Shown: piece by piece, positions 19,579-30,704 of the stretch
Position numbering within the stretch: position 1 is the first letter of the stretch
How the letters are laid out: each line of letters begins with the position of its first letter
Source: a virus
Lineage: Duplodnaviria > Caudoviricetes
Virus record (IMG/VR): IMGVR_UViG_3300020037_003335
Location: 1-64,000 of that record
Strand: one strand, 5' to 3'
DNA: 64,000 nucleotides
Made by a program: the position numbers and the translations under genes
The notes under the pieces: model-generated
What the model was told of the DNA's origin: nothing
Database searches by the model: none
The model's input: only the letters and a program-made list of their open reading frames with translations

Positions 19579-22500
19579 ATGGCTTGCGGATGTAAACCAA
19601 CAGTAACGCCAGGGACATGTAATCGCACGATTGAATTGTGTAGATATAGTCCTCTGACAGTACTAGCTGTAAATCCTGTATGTACTGCCTTACCTTATAA
19701 TCTTACAGTAGTTGGAGCTATAGGTAACATTATATACAGTATAGTTAATGATGGAAAATCTATTGCAATAAACTCAGATGAAACTACAGATGAATTGGCA
19801 TATATTACATACGAGTATAACTGTAATGGAATACCTCAAACTTGTACACTTACTATTAATGTGCAAGATAGAATAGAAGGTACACATGCAATAGAATTAA
19901 ATGCATGTTCTTCTACCTGCAGCTTAGGAGATACAACATATTTGTGGACAGGCTTTACTGAAGGATGTGTAGAGTTAATGCCTGGATATTTAGCTACTGA
20001 TTGTCAAATCAAAGTACTTGTATACGAAGAGTGTGCAGAAAATTTAAATAACGTAATAAGCTTAGAAGTATGTTGTGGAGCATGTTTAGATGGATGTTGT
20101 AAAACAACAACATGGACATGGAATCCACCAACATTTAATGATAACTGCGATGCAGATTGTACTATGTACCCTTGTACTGTGTATGATCCAGTAACAGGAA
20201 ATTGTGTATCTAGTTGTGAAGAATGTCAGACTTGTTGTAATGTTGGAGGCCAAAACTCTGTGCCAATAACTATGACATGTATTAAAGTAGATGAACAAAA
20301 CTATACTCTAGATCTTAATACATTTACTTTAACAGGTGAGTGGATATTGGCTAAAATTGAAGACGTTGAAGAAAATGGAGATTGTTTACTTGTAACAGAT
20401 TATGAAGTATTTGACACAAGTATAATAAACGAGGGTGGCGATGGAGCTATGAATTTCATATACATTGACAATGGGCATATGCAGATAACAATACAAACAG
20501 ATGATATTCCAGATGGTGGAGGAGCTGTCTTAATAGGGTATAAAGTAGGCGATTGTAAAAGATGGTACGCTTTTCAAATATTAGCATTAGCTGATCAAAC
20601 TCCGTCTAATCACTGTTTAGGAACTTTTGTATTTAATGAATATGTATTAGAACATAACGAATTAGCTGATACCCCTTTACCTCTATGCAATACCTGTACA
20701 CAATCTTCAAGTAGTTATTGTGCAGACTGCTGTGATAATCTAGGATGTGTAAAAGAAAATTGTGATAATCAACCTGTATGTTCAAGCGGTGAATGTAAAT
20801 GTTTTATTGGGGAATTAGAAGTACCAGCATTACCTAACGGATGTTGCCCTAGTGAATGTGTACCAGCTTCCGAAGGTGTTGAAGCAACTGTTATACCAAT
20901 ATGCTCTACTTGTGTAAGTGGAGTTATTATACCAGCACCTATTTGTACAGCACCGTTTATATTAAATACTAATACGTGTTTATGTGAATGCCCTCCAGGG
21001 GCCAGATTTAGTGTATTAGATCCATTAGAACCATGCATCACACCAACTAATTGTAATATTCCAGGACAAAGCTGTGATCCATGTTTTAATTGTGTAGAAG
21101 GAGTTTGTGTTCCAATTCCATGCAGTGGTGTGCCAGGTATGGTAAACAATCCTATTGGAGATGGTACAGTGCAAAATCCATGTTGTATTCCTGATCCATG
21201 TCCTAATTGTATAGCTAGTCTGGAAGTTAATAAGTACTGTACTGATGTATTACCTAGACGTGCTAATGTTAGTGCAGATGCAACAAATTATCGTATTAAG
21301 TTTACACAAATTCAACTTAATTACTTACCGTTTTATTCTCAAGTTGATTGTGAATATGAAATATTACAAGCAATTACACAAACAAATAATCTTACAAATA
21401 CTGCAACGTATGAAATAAATTACACTAACTATGTACTTGATTGGGTACCAGTTACACCTTCAGGTACTACTTTAATAATTCCACAAAGTGCTGGAAACGG
21501 CTTTTTGATTAAATGTAGTTGGAAAGGTAGAGAAGTGATTTATGAATTTATATTTGAAGAAGGTTTTAATGGAAGTGCAGATCAATTAGTACTTGGTGAA
21601 TACCCAATACAAGTTAGAAAAGTTAAAGACTTAACTTGTGGAAATGTGTATGGATTAAGTGGAGATTGTCAAACTACATACTCATGGGAATTTACTGAGG
21701 CTGCATTAAACACTTCTGGACAATTTATTACAGATAATCCAATAGTAGTTCATGCTACTGGCCTCGATGCTGAAGTATGTGTGAATGCTGTAACTCAATT
21801 TAATGGCATAGTATGTGAAGAAACTCAGGTATGCGCAGACGTTGATGAATGTCAAGGTGCTTGTGGATGTGATCCATGTAATGGTGGAGGTACATTATTC
21901 AGTACTATATCTCAAGTAACTGCTTCAGATACTTTAATATTCTATGCTAGTGTATTTAGAGATTGTGGTAATGGAGATGAACTGCCAATAATGTTTACAT
22001 GTGCACCTCCTACAGCAGTAGAGTATATTGCATATATTAACAGTGGAGGCGATACCTTACCAGACGGATGTGGTACGTTACCACAAATGTTTGATTCTAA
22101 ACCAGCGTGTGCAAATTGTGGGACATTTAATTGTAGTGTGCCAGGAACATCAACTGATCCAGCAACACAGCTTTGTGGGTGGTGGTTAAATACAGCTTTA
22201 CTTGTTCCAGATAGCTTACATATAAATGGGGCTAATATTGAATTTGAAATATTGCCTGCCGTAGAAATGATAGAACTTTGCTTTGGTACTAACACTGAAT
22301 GTGGATATGTATGTTCCTGTACTATAATTGAAAATCCAGAATACAATCCAGAAGCTCCATGCAATCTTGTAGCCAACGTTACATCAGAATGTACCGAAGC
22401 TGGGTATGTTCAAGCTTTAGCAGTACATATGACAGGTGGTATAGGACCATACACTATTCAATACAATATTGATAAAGAAGATATTGGCGGAGCACACACT

Positions 22501-25386
22501 AACATATTACCTGGAGGAATCAATAACGGTTCATTAAGTGTTGTAACATCTTTGTTAGATTATACTATAATGGGATTTGGTGTAGATGTACAGGGAGGAT
22601 GTTTATGGTATGATATTACAATAACAGATTCTAGTCCAATTCCTTGTGTAGTAAACTTAACTGCATGTATACCATGTGATCCAGAACCATGTAATGTTAC
22701 AGCTGCTTTACAAACTAGTTGTGAAATAATTGAAGCAGGTGTAGAATCACATGTAATTATTGAACAATTAGTTATAGGTGGAATAAACTCTGGAACATAT
22801 AACGTTACAGGAGAAATAGGATGGCGCAGATGTTCACCTAATGTAGATTTAGTTCGATGGACTTTAAATTTGCCTAATCAAGTTGGACCTAATATTAATT
22901 TAGGAAATAATATTAGTGGTAATGATTATATAGAACTACATACATTTGGAAACTGTGATTACACAGAACAGTGTGCATATTATGATTTAACTATAACAGA
23001 TGTTGAAAACGTTTCATGTAGAGTTACTATATCTGGATGTATTAATTGTCCTGAACCTGCAGTAAGCTTTAATTGTGAAACTGGACAGTGTGTAGATCCA
23101 GGAGATGGTAGTGGTGATTATGCAACACAATTTGAATGTAAAGAGGCTCTTTGTGGTATAGATGTTGTAGCAGATTGTGTAGAAATAATTGAAACTAACA
23201 AAACTCCAGGAAATACGTCAATTGTTATTTATGACCTAAGTGCTACTGGAGCTAACTTAACTAATCTACAAACAGTGTATGTAGATGTAGCACAAGGTGG
23301 TAAACCTGAAAAATATAAAGTATATCAAGTTAAACCTGACGGAAGTAAACAGCTTGTATTTGATAGTCCACATCTAGGATGTGGGTGTGCTAGCAGTCCA
23401 TTTAAAAGCTTAAATGGTTTTTGGAGTAATCTTTTAGTAGATCCAGGTGGAGTACATCTAGCTGGCACTGTTGCAAGTGTGCTAACTCCTTTTGAGTTTA
23501 AATTGACATCAGCAGTCACATGGCCATTTACAGATTATGCTAGTGTTAACTATTCAACTTATGTAAGTGGTGGAACTGATCAAGGATATAAACATAACTT
23601 TATTCCTAGTAACTGTACTTGGGTATCTCATTTTAATAGTGATTGCTCAGTAAATGCAGGTCGTGATTACGATACATGTGGTTTATGTAATGTAGGTGCA
23701 CTTCCAGGATCGGGGCATAACTACGAAGAGCTAAATGCAAAAGCATTATCTAGATTCTATTTTCAATACATTGAATCTGAAGGTGATATTCTACAAATAG
23801 AAGTAGAACACGGAGTATTTGAAAGCACATGTCCAGTTTATGATGGTCTTGCACATGGAATTAAATTTAGTTTAATATGTCAAGAAACATTTGTACCAGA
23901 AGAAAACTGTATTCCATTAGGTGGTGGTATAACTCCAGGTGAACCAGAAGAGGTATCTGATAAATATGTTTATACTCCAGTTTGTGCTAACACTTTGAAT
24001 CATAACATTAGTTTAGGAATTACAGAACTTGATGAAGGCGGTATTCCAGAACCTAATAATGCTCCGATGTTTGATAATGTTGTTAATATAGGTTACGGAT
24101 ATAAATATTCTAATGGTAAGAAAACAAATGAAAAAGCGTACATTTATCAAGTAAATAAAAAACTAGATAAAACAGAACTTGCTTCAAATCAAATAATTCC
24201 AAAAGTAATTAACGGAATTAAAACAGATGTTGTAGAATTGACTACAATGGATGAACACTACTACAATCATATTACTACTACATTTAATCGTGACAAATAT
24301 CTTAATGGTTTAGCTATTAATCCTGCAGTAGGAACTAGTATGGCAGTAGGATGTTCTGGAGAAACCATTTGCTACGATTATTTTATAGATAATACAGATC
24401 CAAATAATTTGGTGGTTGAGTGTGGATGTATAGACAAACAGCCGTTAGGACGTGCTTCTGCTAATCATAATTCTAGCATTAAATCCAATGATATGGTGTA
24501 TGGTGGATTAGGAGTATACGTGTATCAAGGGGCAGTTAGAAAATGGGGAGGAACTATTAGCTTAGTTGCTAAAGAGACTTCAACAGGCAAGCTTGTAGCG
24601 TTAACAAATAATCACGTATTAGGATCATTAACTGGACCAGCACACACCCTACAAAATACTTCATTTAATTATAACTATAGATTAGGATGCGGTACAGCAT
24701 ACAGCGGTGATTGTTATGTTAATCCTTTATCATGCAGTACAGTTATTGGCACAGATTATAAAGCTGTGGCATTTGTACTTGATGGCACAACTCCTAATTA
24801 CGTGGATGCTGGTCTTATAGCTTTATCTGTGGATGTCGCTGCAACTGATATCCAAGAAATTGGATACGGCAATTTCCCTTGGGTTACTGAAGATATGTTT
24901 ACTAATGTAAGCCAGCTTGTTGGTCTAACAGTATATAAATCTGGAGCGACTACAGGAACTAAAATAGCAGTTGGTGAAATCAGTAGTGTAGCATACAATA
25001 CATTAGTAACTGCTACTAACAAGTTAATGGTTAATCAAATACTTATTACACCTATAGCTAATGATAACTCTTGTAATGGAGTACACAGTTTAGCTGGAGA
25101 TAGTGGTTCACCAGTATTGGTAGAACTTTATGGACAATTATATGTGCTAGGTATAGGTTGGGGAGGTTCAGCATATTTCCCTGATCCAACAATGGTGGTA
25201 AGTCCTATATGGGAAGTAGCAGCAAGAGCTGGTATAGAAGCTTGGGAAGGTGAAATTGTTACTACTAGTAACTCACCATTTATCCGACTTACTAAAAATG
25301 AACGCCAATACAAAAAAGGAATTGCTACTAATGCTCAAGTAACACATACAACATTTACAGAACATAATACACAAGAAGAATGCTAA
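19579..25386 (+). CDS. giant Cys-rich fibre-like protein with C-terminal prodomain and trypsin-like (PA clan, Nal1-type) serine protease
   Basis: about 120 Cys by hand count; LTNNHV (His 24613), VDAGL (Asp 24805), KSGATTG, GDSGSP (Ser 25102). Confidence 0.85.
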   Translation: MACGCKPTVTPGTCNRTIELCRYSPLTVLAVNPVCTALPYNLTVVGAIGNIIYSIVNDGKSIAINSDETTDELAYITYEYNCNGIPQTCTLTINVQDRIEGTHAIELNACSSTCSLGDTTYLWTGFTEGCVELMPGYLATDCQIKVLVYEECAENLNNVISLEVCCGACLDGCCKTTTWTWNPPTFNDNCDADCTMYPCTVYDPVTGNCVSSCEECQTCCNVGGQNSVPITMTCIKVDEQNYTLDLNTFTLTGEWILAKIEDVEENGDCLLVTDYEVFDTSIINEGGDGAMNFIYIDNGHMQITIQTDDIPDGGGAVLIGYKVGDCKRWYAFQILALADQTPSNHCLGTFVFNEYVLEHNELADTPLPLCNTCTQSSSSYCADCCDNLGCVKENCDNQPVCSSGECKCFIGELEVPALPNGCCPSECVPASEGVEATVIPICSTCVSGVIIPAPICTAPFILNTNTCLCECPPGARFSVLDPLEPCITPTNCNIPGQSCDPCFNCVEGVCVPIPCSGVPGMVNNPIGDGTVQNPCCIPDPCPNCIASLEVNKYCTDVLPRRANVSADATNYRIKFTQIQLNYLPFYSQVDCEYEILQAITQTNNLTNTATYEINYTNYVLDWVPVTPSGTTLIIPQSAGNGFLIKCSWKGREVIYEFIFEEGFNGSADQLVLGEYPIQVRKVKDLTCGNVYGLSGDCQTTYSWEFTEAALNTSGQFITDNPIVVHATGLDAEVCVNAVTQFNGIVCEETQVCADVDECQGACGCDPCNGGGTLFSTISQVTASDTLIFYASVFRDCGNGDELPIMFTCAPPTAVEYIAYINSGGDTLPDGCGTLPQMFDSKPACANCGTFNCSVPGTSTDPATQLCGWWLNTALLVPDSLHINGANIEFEILPAVEMIELCFGTNTECGYVCSCTIIENPEYNPEAPCNLVANVTSECTEAGYVQALAVHMTGGIGPYTIQYNIDKEDIGGAHTNILPGGINNGSLSVVTSLLDYTIMGFGVDVQGGCLWYDITITDSSPIPCVVNLTACIPCDPEPCNVTAALQTSCEIIEAGVESHVIIEQLVIGGINSGTYNVTGEIGWRRCSPNVDLVRWTLNLPNQVGPNINLGNNISGNDYIELHTFGNCDYTEQCAYYDLTITDVENVSCRVTISGCINCPEPAVSFNCETGQCVDPGDGSGDYATQFECKEALCGIDVVADCVEIIETNKTPGNTSIVIYDLSATGANLTNLQTVYVDVAQGGKPEKYKVYQVKPDGSKQLVFDSPHLGCGCASSPFKSLNGFWSNLLVDPGGVHLAGTVASVLTPFEFKLTSAVTWPFTDYASVNYSTYVSGGTDQGYKHNFIPSNCTWVSHFNSDCSVNAGRDYDTCGLCNVGALPGSGHNYEELNAKALSRFYFQYIESEGDILQIEVEHGVFESTCPVYDGLAHGIKFSLICQETFVPEENCIPLGGGITPGEPEEVSDKYVYTPVCANTLNHNISLGITELDEGGIPEPNNAPMFDNVVNIGYGYKYSNGKKTNEKAYIYQVNKKLDKTELASNQIIPKVINGIKTDVVELTTMDEHYYNHITTTFNRDKYLNGLAINPAVGTSMAVGCSGETICYDYFIDNTDPNNLVVECGCIDKQPLGRASANHNSSIKSNDMVYGGLGVYVYQGAVRKWGGTISLVAKETSTGKLVALTNNHVLGSLTGPAHTLQNTSFNYNYRLGCGTAYSGDCYVNPLSCSTVIGTDYKAVAFVLDGTTPNYVDAGLIALSVDVAATDIQEIGYGNFPWVTEDMFTNVSQLVGLTVYKSGATTGTKIAVGEISSVAYNTLVTATNKLMVNQILITPIANDNSCNGVHSLAGDSGSPVLVELYGQLYVLGIGWGGSAYFPDPTMVVSPIWEVAARAGIEAWEGEIVTTSNSPFIRLTKNERQYKKGIATNAQVTHTTFTEHNTQEEC

Positions 25387-28300
25387 CAAATAAAATACTT
25401 AATGCCAACGTAGATCCCTCCGCTATAGGGGGGACCTACACATGGTCAGCAGAATCGTGTACATGTACAACAGCATGTGCTGATGTAAGTTTTACAAGTA
25501 CAACAGGTACAGTTATTGGTACAAACTTTAGTACTACAGTAACTTATCCAGATGATTGTACTAGCATAATAATAAAACTTACAATTATTACTATTGAAGG
25601 TGAAGAACAATGTGTGTCTACATTTTTCTATAACATTGTTAATGAATTAGGTGGTACACAGTTAACTTGGTCTTGTGAATCTAACGAAGTTGGATGTGTA
25701 CAGATACCAAGTGAAAATCAAATATTTGAAACTGCGTACGATTGTTTAAATTGTACAACTTGTCCATGTTCAACTAGTAATGTATGTCAAGATGCAACAT
25801 TTCAAGCTGCGTATGATTGTATTACACATGAATTAACTATAACTTCAGCTAATCAATTAGATTGGTGTACTGTACCATATCCTGTAATAGAAACAGTTAA
25901 TATTGTTTTAAACTTTACACAAGGTAATTACACACATACAGAAACAATTAATCTTGCTTGTAATACAGCTTTACCTTTAGTTATTGATTTAACAGCTGAT
26001 CCATTACCTGAAGGCTTCTATTACATACACATAATAATGCAGCTTAATGGATGTCAAGTAAATATAGATAGTGTAGAAATTGATTGCCCTGGCGGAGGTG
26101 GAGGTCCATTTAATGTAGGTTGCTGTGCCTATAATTCAGGTAACGGTTATTATACTTTAGGACAAGGACAACCTCCTGTAGTATATACTGCAGGTTTAAC
26201 TATGCCGATGGTGTCTGATTTAATAATTGATTTCCACTCAGTTGCAGAAGCAGATAAACTATCTGTTTATAGTTCTTGGAATAATGCACTTCAAACAGGT
26301 ACTGAAATGGCAACAACAGGGTTTGTAGGATTGTGCGGAAACTGCTGCAATACTAATTACTATCCTTTCAAACAAGGTTATTATGAACATGAATATCTTG
26401 GAGCTTTGAACACTCCTACAGAGAGTTCATATCAAACATGTAATGGCGGAGTATTAAGTGGTACTCCTACACCAGTTCCTGGCGATTTTACATTTTACGC
26501 TCAATCAGCGGGTATTGCTAGACTAATACTACCAGCAGCCTACATTAATACCTATGCTCCAAGTGGAACATTATTCATTGTAGCATTTAATAATCAGGGG
26601 AGAACAGCTTCATGTCCTTGTGGAACTATATGGGAATGGAGAATGTTCTGCGGAGAAAGCTGTCCTTGTACAGAACCTCAAGAACCTGAAATAGCGATTA
26701 CTCCAGCAGTATGTGATATATCACCAGGACTTATTACTATTACTGAAGCTTGTCAGGATACTAATGGAAATCCAGTAATGATGCAATGGAGTAATGATGG
26801 TATAACATGGATTGATGGTGAACCACTTTATGCAGGATTACCTGCACTAAATGCAGTAACACAAACATTGTATACTAGATGTGTGTATAATTACGATGAA
26901 TTATGTTTCAGTGATATTGTAGAAACAGATTATATTAAACCAGAATGCTGTGTTGATGATTATAATTTTACTTTTGAATGTAATCCACTTACAGTCGGTA
27001 TCTACAATCAAGTAGATTATCAATATCGTGTAATTTATGAAATACCTACATGTGATGATACAGCTAATCCAGCAGTAGTAGAACCTTTGTACACTACTCC
27101 AATATCTGGTGATTATGCTTACGAAGTATCATTCTTAGGTTCATCAGTTATACTAGAAGTTTACTTCAACAGTGGAAGTGAGTACTTTTTTAAAGTAAAT
27201 TGTAATTTATGCTGGACAGCTCAGTATTATATTCAAATTAATGAATCACAACTCGCCAATCTATTAGCTACTCATGCATGTGAACCTTGTGATATTACTT
27301 TGGCAGCTAGATACGATTATGCAGCCACTGCTTATTATATAAGTTTAGATGATGTTGAAGGTACTAATGATTTTCCATCAATACCGCAGGGGCAACCCCC
27401 ATACATATTAACAATTACCAAAAACGGGATTTTAACAATTGCTGGTATAGTAGTATCATATAATGGTACTATATTGAATACGGGTCCAATATATTTGACT
27501 ACAACACTTATGCCAAATCTTTCAGGAGAATATACTATTGTTGGATATTACCCTGTAGTTCCAGGAGCGCCTCCAGTTAGAAATACAAATATAAATTATG
27601 GATTCTTTTTAACTTTGGCTAATCCAGGGCAGTATGTTATAAACATAACTGATCACGACGGATGTATTGCAGAAGCAACGCTTTGTAATATTACAGCTGA
27701 ACTTAATAGTTGTACTGCTAACGTATTGTATGCTGGATTATCTGGGATTATACATTCAACTCAAACATTTGAAGATATTATTATTGATGGAATTACATAT
27801 GCTTCAGGTGGAATAGTGTTTAATGTAAATCCAGCTATAACTAAGGCTGCAATACTAGCTTTCCTAAATACAATTCCAATCGTAGGAGCTTCGTTTGCAG
27901 TTGATATAGTAACGAATTTAGCAGAAACACAAATGCTTGTAATAACTTATCTTAATTGCGATGCCGTAACAAGTCTGGAATTTAATACAAGCTCTCCTAC
28001 ATTATCAAGTTCTGTATTTGTTCCTGAAGAACCTATAGTAAATACTACTTGGACTGTTAATATAGTTCCTGCATTTACTATTACAAGTTATGCTTGGTCT
28101 TTAGGAGACGATTTAGTACTTGTTAGTGGAACATTAACAGACAGCACGATTACAACTGCAGGTGGTGGTAATTTAAGTGTGCAAGTATTTACAGATGAGT
28201 GCAATCCAGTAACTGCAGATGTATGTATTCCAACAGTAGATATTGTGTCTTGTGCAGTTGAACATACTCAGGTTTCTATTGACCATTTACCTGGTGCTAA

Positions 28301-29393
28301 TGCGTTGAACTACTACTTTAAAGGTTTAGTAGCAAACGGTATAAATATATCAAGTGCTAATATTCAATTAGTAGGTTCAGATGTAACAGCTGCAGCAGTG
28401 GTCGAAGCTAACATACTTAGTTTCCTAAACACTAATCTTAGACCATCTGTAGGTGGTGTGTTTGATGTAAATTATACTAGTACTCCAAGTACTTCTGATT
28501 TAAGTGTTAAATGGTATAAATGTGAAGGTACAATTACAGATATACAATTACGCCTTAATGAATCAGATAACACAACCCCTGCTAATAGTGCTGTAAATAC
28601 AAGCACTGTATTTACACCTAATACGTATATTTTAACTTTAGATTATAGTCCTAATGTACCTATTACATCATATACTTGGACTTTAGATGGTCCAACATTA
28701 GGTGTAGGAGAACTTACAGATTCTATAATTGCTGTTCAAGGTGGCGGTGATGTTGATATAGAAATAAAAGTTTTAGATTGTGGTAATGCAACAGATAGTA
28801 CATGTATAGCTAGTATCACAGATTTTGATACTGCGTGTGGTACAATTGATTCAGTAACATCTACAACAACAGTCGCTGTACCTGGAGATTTGTTTAGAGG
28901 AGTTGAAATAGGTGGAATACCTTATGTAGGAGCATCTATAGCATTGAATGGTGTATTTATAATAAGTAATACTTCTTTAGAAATAAGTATAACAGCATGG
29001 TTAGATACTAATGTTGTACCTACAGTAGGCGGATATTTTACAGTCGTTGTAGATAATAGCAGCAGTCCAATGTCTGTAACTGTTACATGGACAGGATGTG
29101 ATACTCTACTAAACAGTTTACAACTAGTTATGGAAGACACACTTTTAGCACCGTACTACGGTTCTTTAGACAATACTCCAACAACTATTCCAAATTTATT
29201 CTTAATAGAAGCTTTGGTTGAACCAGCAGGAACATTATCAAATGAAGATTGGTATGCAACTGGAGCTATGGTTGTAGAGCACGTTGTATCAGAAACTCAA
29301 GCATACGTGTTGTATGGCGGTGCTGGCACATTAACTTACTCAGTAGATGTAGATGCATGTGGACATGCTACTAGAACATATACACAAGTCTAA
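25380..29393 (+). CDS. large Cys-rich beta-sandwich fibre-like protein with three C-terminal repeats
   Basis: 1337 aa, T/V/C-rich, SprB-like motif, three repeats of about 190 aa. Confidence 0.7.
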   Translation: MLTNKILNANVDPSAIGGTYTWSAESCTCTTACADVSFTSTTGTVIGTNFSTTVTYPDDCTSIIIKLTIITIEGEEQCVSTFFYNIVNELGGTQLTWSCESNEVGCVQIPSENQIFETAYDCLNCTTCPCSTSNVCQDATFQAAYDCITHELTITSANQLDWCTVPYPVIETVNIVLNFTQGNYTHTETINLACNTALPLVIDLTADPLPEGFYYIHIIMQLNGCQVNIDSVEIDCPGGGGGPFNVGCCAYNSGNGYYTLGQGQPPVVYTAGLTMPMVSDLIIDFHSVAEADKLSVYSSWNNALQTGTEMATTGFVGLCGNCCNTNYYPFKQGYYEHEYLGALNTPTESSYQTCNGGVLSGTPTPVPGDFTFYAQSAGIARLILPAAYINTYAPSGTLFIVAFNNQGRTASCPCGTIWEWRMFCGESCPCTEPQEPEIAITPAVCDISPGLITITEACQDTNGNPVMMQWSNDGITWIDGEPLYAGLPALNAVTQTLYTRCVYNYDELCFSDIVETDYIKPECCVDDYNFTFECNPLTVGIYNQVDYQYRVIYEIPTCDDTANPAVVEPLYTTPISGDYAYEVSFLGSSVILEVYFNSGSEYFFKVNCNLCWTAQYYIQINESQLANLLATHACEPCDITLAARYDYAATAYYISLDDVEGTNDFPSIPQGQPPYILTITKNGILTIAGIVVSYNGTILNTGPIYLTTTLMPNLSGEYTIVGYYPVVPGAPPVRNTNINYGFFLTLANPGQYVINITDHDGCIAEATLCNITAELNSCTANVLYAGLSGIIHSTQTFEDIIIDGITYASGGIVFNVNPAITKAAILAFLNTIPIVGASFAVDIVTNLAETQMLVITYLNCDAVTSLEFNTSSPTLSSSVFVPEEPIVNTTWTVNIVPAFTITSYAWSLGDDLVLVSGTLTDSTITTAGGGNLSVQVFTDECNPVTADVCIPTVDIVSCAVEHTQVSIDHLPGANALNYYFKGLVANGINISSANIQLVGSDVTAAAVVEANILSFLNTNLRPSVGGVFDVNYTSTPSTSDLSVKWYKCEGTITDIQLRLNESDNTTPANSAVNTSTVFTPNTYILTLDYSPNVPITSYTWTLDGPTLGVGELTDSIIAVQGGGDVDIEIKVLDCGNATDSTCIASITDFDTACGTIDSVTSTTTVAVPGDLFRGVEIGGIPYVGASIALNGVFIISNTSLEISITAWLDTNVVPTVGGYFTVVVDNSSSPMSVTVTWTGCDTLLNSLQLVMEDTLLAPYYGSLDNTPTTIPNLFLIEALVEPAGTLSNEDWYATGAMVVEHVVSETQAYVLYGGAGTLTYSVDVDACGHATRTYTQV

Positions 29394-29413
29394 ACTAAAT
29401 TAAATTAAATACA

Positions 29414-30043
29414 ATGGCTACAGGATGTCAAGGATGCAATCAAACTTGTATAGATTTAGTAAGCAGTGATTGCATAAACTTTCCTAACATTGGAGAGTTG
29501 AGCTGCTTACAGATTCAGGATAATATAACATTAACTAATGTTATAGAGCAGATAGAAGAAGTTATAGCTCCGTTTTGTAATGCTGGGTATACGTTACCAA
29601 CTAGTGTCAACATCGGATGCTTACAAGGTGAATGTGAAAGTACTACATTAGATTTTACTTTAACGCATATAGGTAATAGTTGGATATTTAATATCACTGC
29701 TCCAATAGGAAGTGTTATTTATATGAACGTTGTTCAAGGTGCTAATGTACTGTATACTAATGCTGCTAATCCTATCGCTGTTACAGAAACTCAAGTGAAT
29801 AGTGGTGTAACTATTATGGTTACTATGATACAAAATACTGGTAACGGAATTATTGAATACTTCAAGTCATACACATTGAACCCTATTACAGCAGTAGTAG
29901 GTAATTATGCAATGACTTTGAGCTGCACTAATAATTCAATTATTACTACTAGTATAAATAATATGTTTCAGATTTTAGTTAATAATATCTGTGACTTACA
30001 AACTCAATTAAACGCTTTAACCGCACAAGTAAATACCCCCTAA
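29414..30043 (+). CDS. Cys-rich structural protein with coiled-coil end
   Basis: MATGCQGCNQTC...SSDC; LVNNICDLQTQLNALTAQV. Confidence 0.6.
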   Translation: MATGCQGCNQTCIDLVSSDCINFPNIGELSCLQIQDNITLTNVIEQIEEVIAPFCNAGYTLPTSVNIGCLQGECESTTLDFTLTHIGNSWIFNITAPIGSVIYMNVVQGANVLYTNAANPIAVTETQVNSGVTIMVTMIQNTGNGIIEYFKSYTLNPITAVVGNYAMTLSCTNNSIITTSINNMFQILVNNICDLQTQLNALTAQVNTP

Positions 30044-30360
30044 TGTTAACAGACATATTTTCCCCAAGTAGTATAATTAGCTTAGACGATATTGTACTCA
30101 CATTCGTATCATTCTTGTTTGTTTCATTACAAGGTTTGTTAATTTACTTTACAAAAAGGATACTATCTGAACAAGAGGCATTAAAGAATGTAGTACAAAG
30201 TACAGCTGTAAAGATGGCACAACTAGATACTGATGTTAGATACATTGCTAGTGAAATATCATTGCTATCAAATAATAACAGTACTTTGTCATTAAGAATA
30301 AGTGAAACAGAAAAACAAGTAGCAACTTTATTAGAATGGAAGAGATCACAAACCAAGTAG
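30043..30360 (+). CDS. membrane protein (one TM plus coiled coil), lysis-associated candidate
   Basis: IVLTFVSFLFVSLQGLLIYF followed by a heptad region. Confidence 0.55.
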   Translation: MLTDIFSPSSIISLDDIVLTFVSFLFVSLQGLLIYFTKRILSEQEALKNVVQSTAVKMAQLDTDVRYIASEISLLSNNNSTLSLRISETEKQVATLLEWKRSQTK

Positions 30361-30701
30361 TTAATCAGGAAGGTGTGCGTAAGAAAACAAACAAAAAAAC
30401 TAGAAATATAAAACTGCGCACACCTACTAGAATTTGGATTCAAGCAATCCTCGCAACTGTTGTAGTAATATCATTTTTGATAGACACAGCTTATATAGTA
30501 TATAGCACTTGTAATAATATAGAAGTAGGTCAATCATCGATGACTGTTATGACAGCCTTATCTTCATTGTGTGGAATAATAGTAAACTATTATTTTGGAT
30601 CTTCAGAATCTTCTAGAAACAAAGATGACATTATTCAAGATTTAAAGGGTAAAGAGATTCATATCCCATGTGAAGAACACACTAAAATTTATGAAGGCTA
30701 A
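30336..30701 (+). CDS. holin-like membrane protein
   Basis: two hydrophobic helices and an IVNYYFGSS motif. Confidence 0.65.
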   Translation: MEEITNQVVNQEGVRKKTNKKTRNIKLRTPTRIWIQAILATVVVISFLIDTAYIVYSTCNNIEVGQSSMTVMTALSSLCGIIVNYYFGSSESSRNKDDIIQDLKGKEIHIPCEEHTKIYEG

Positions 30702-30704
30702 AAC

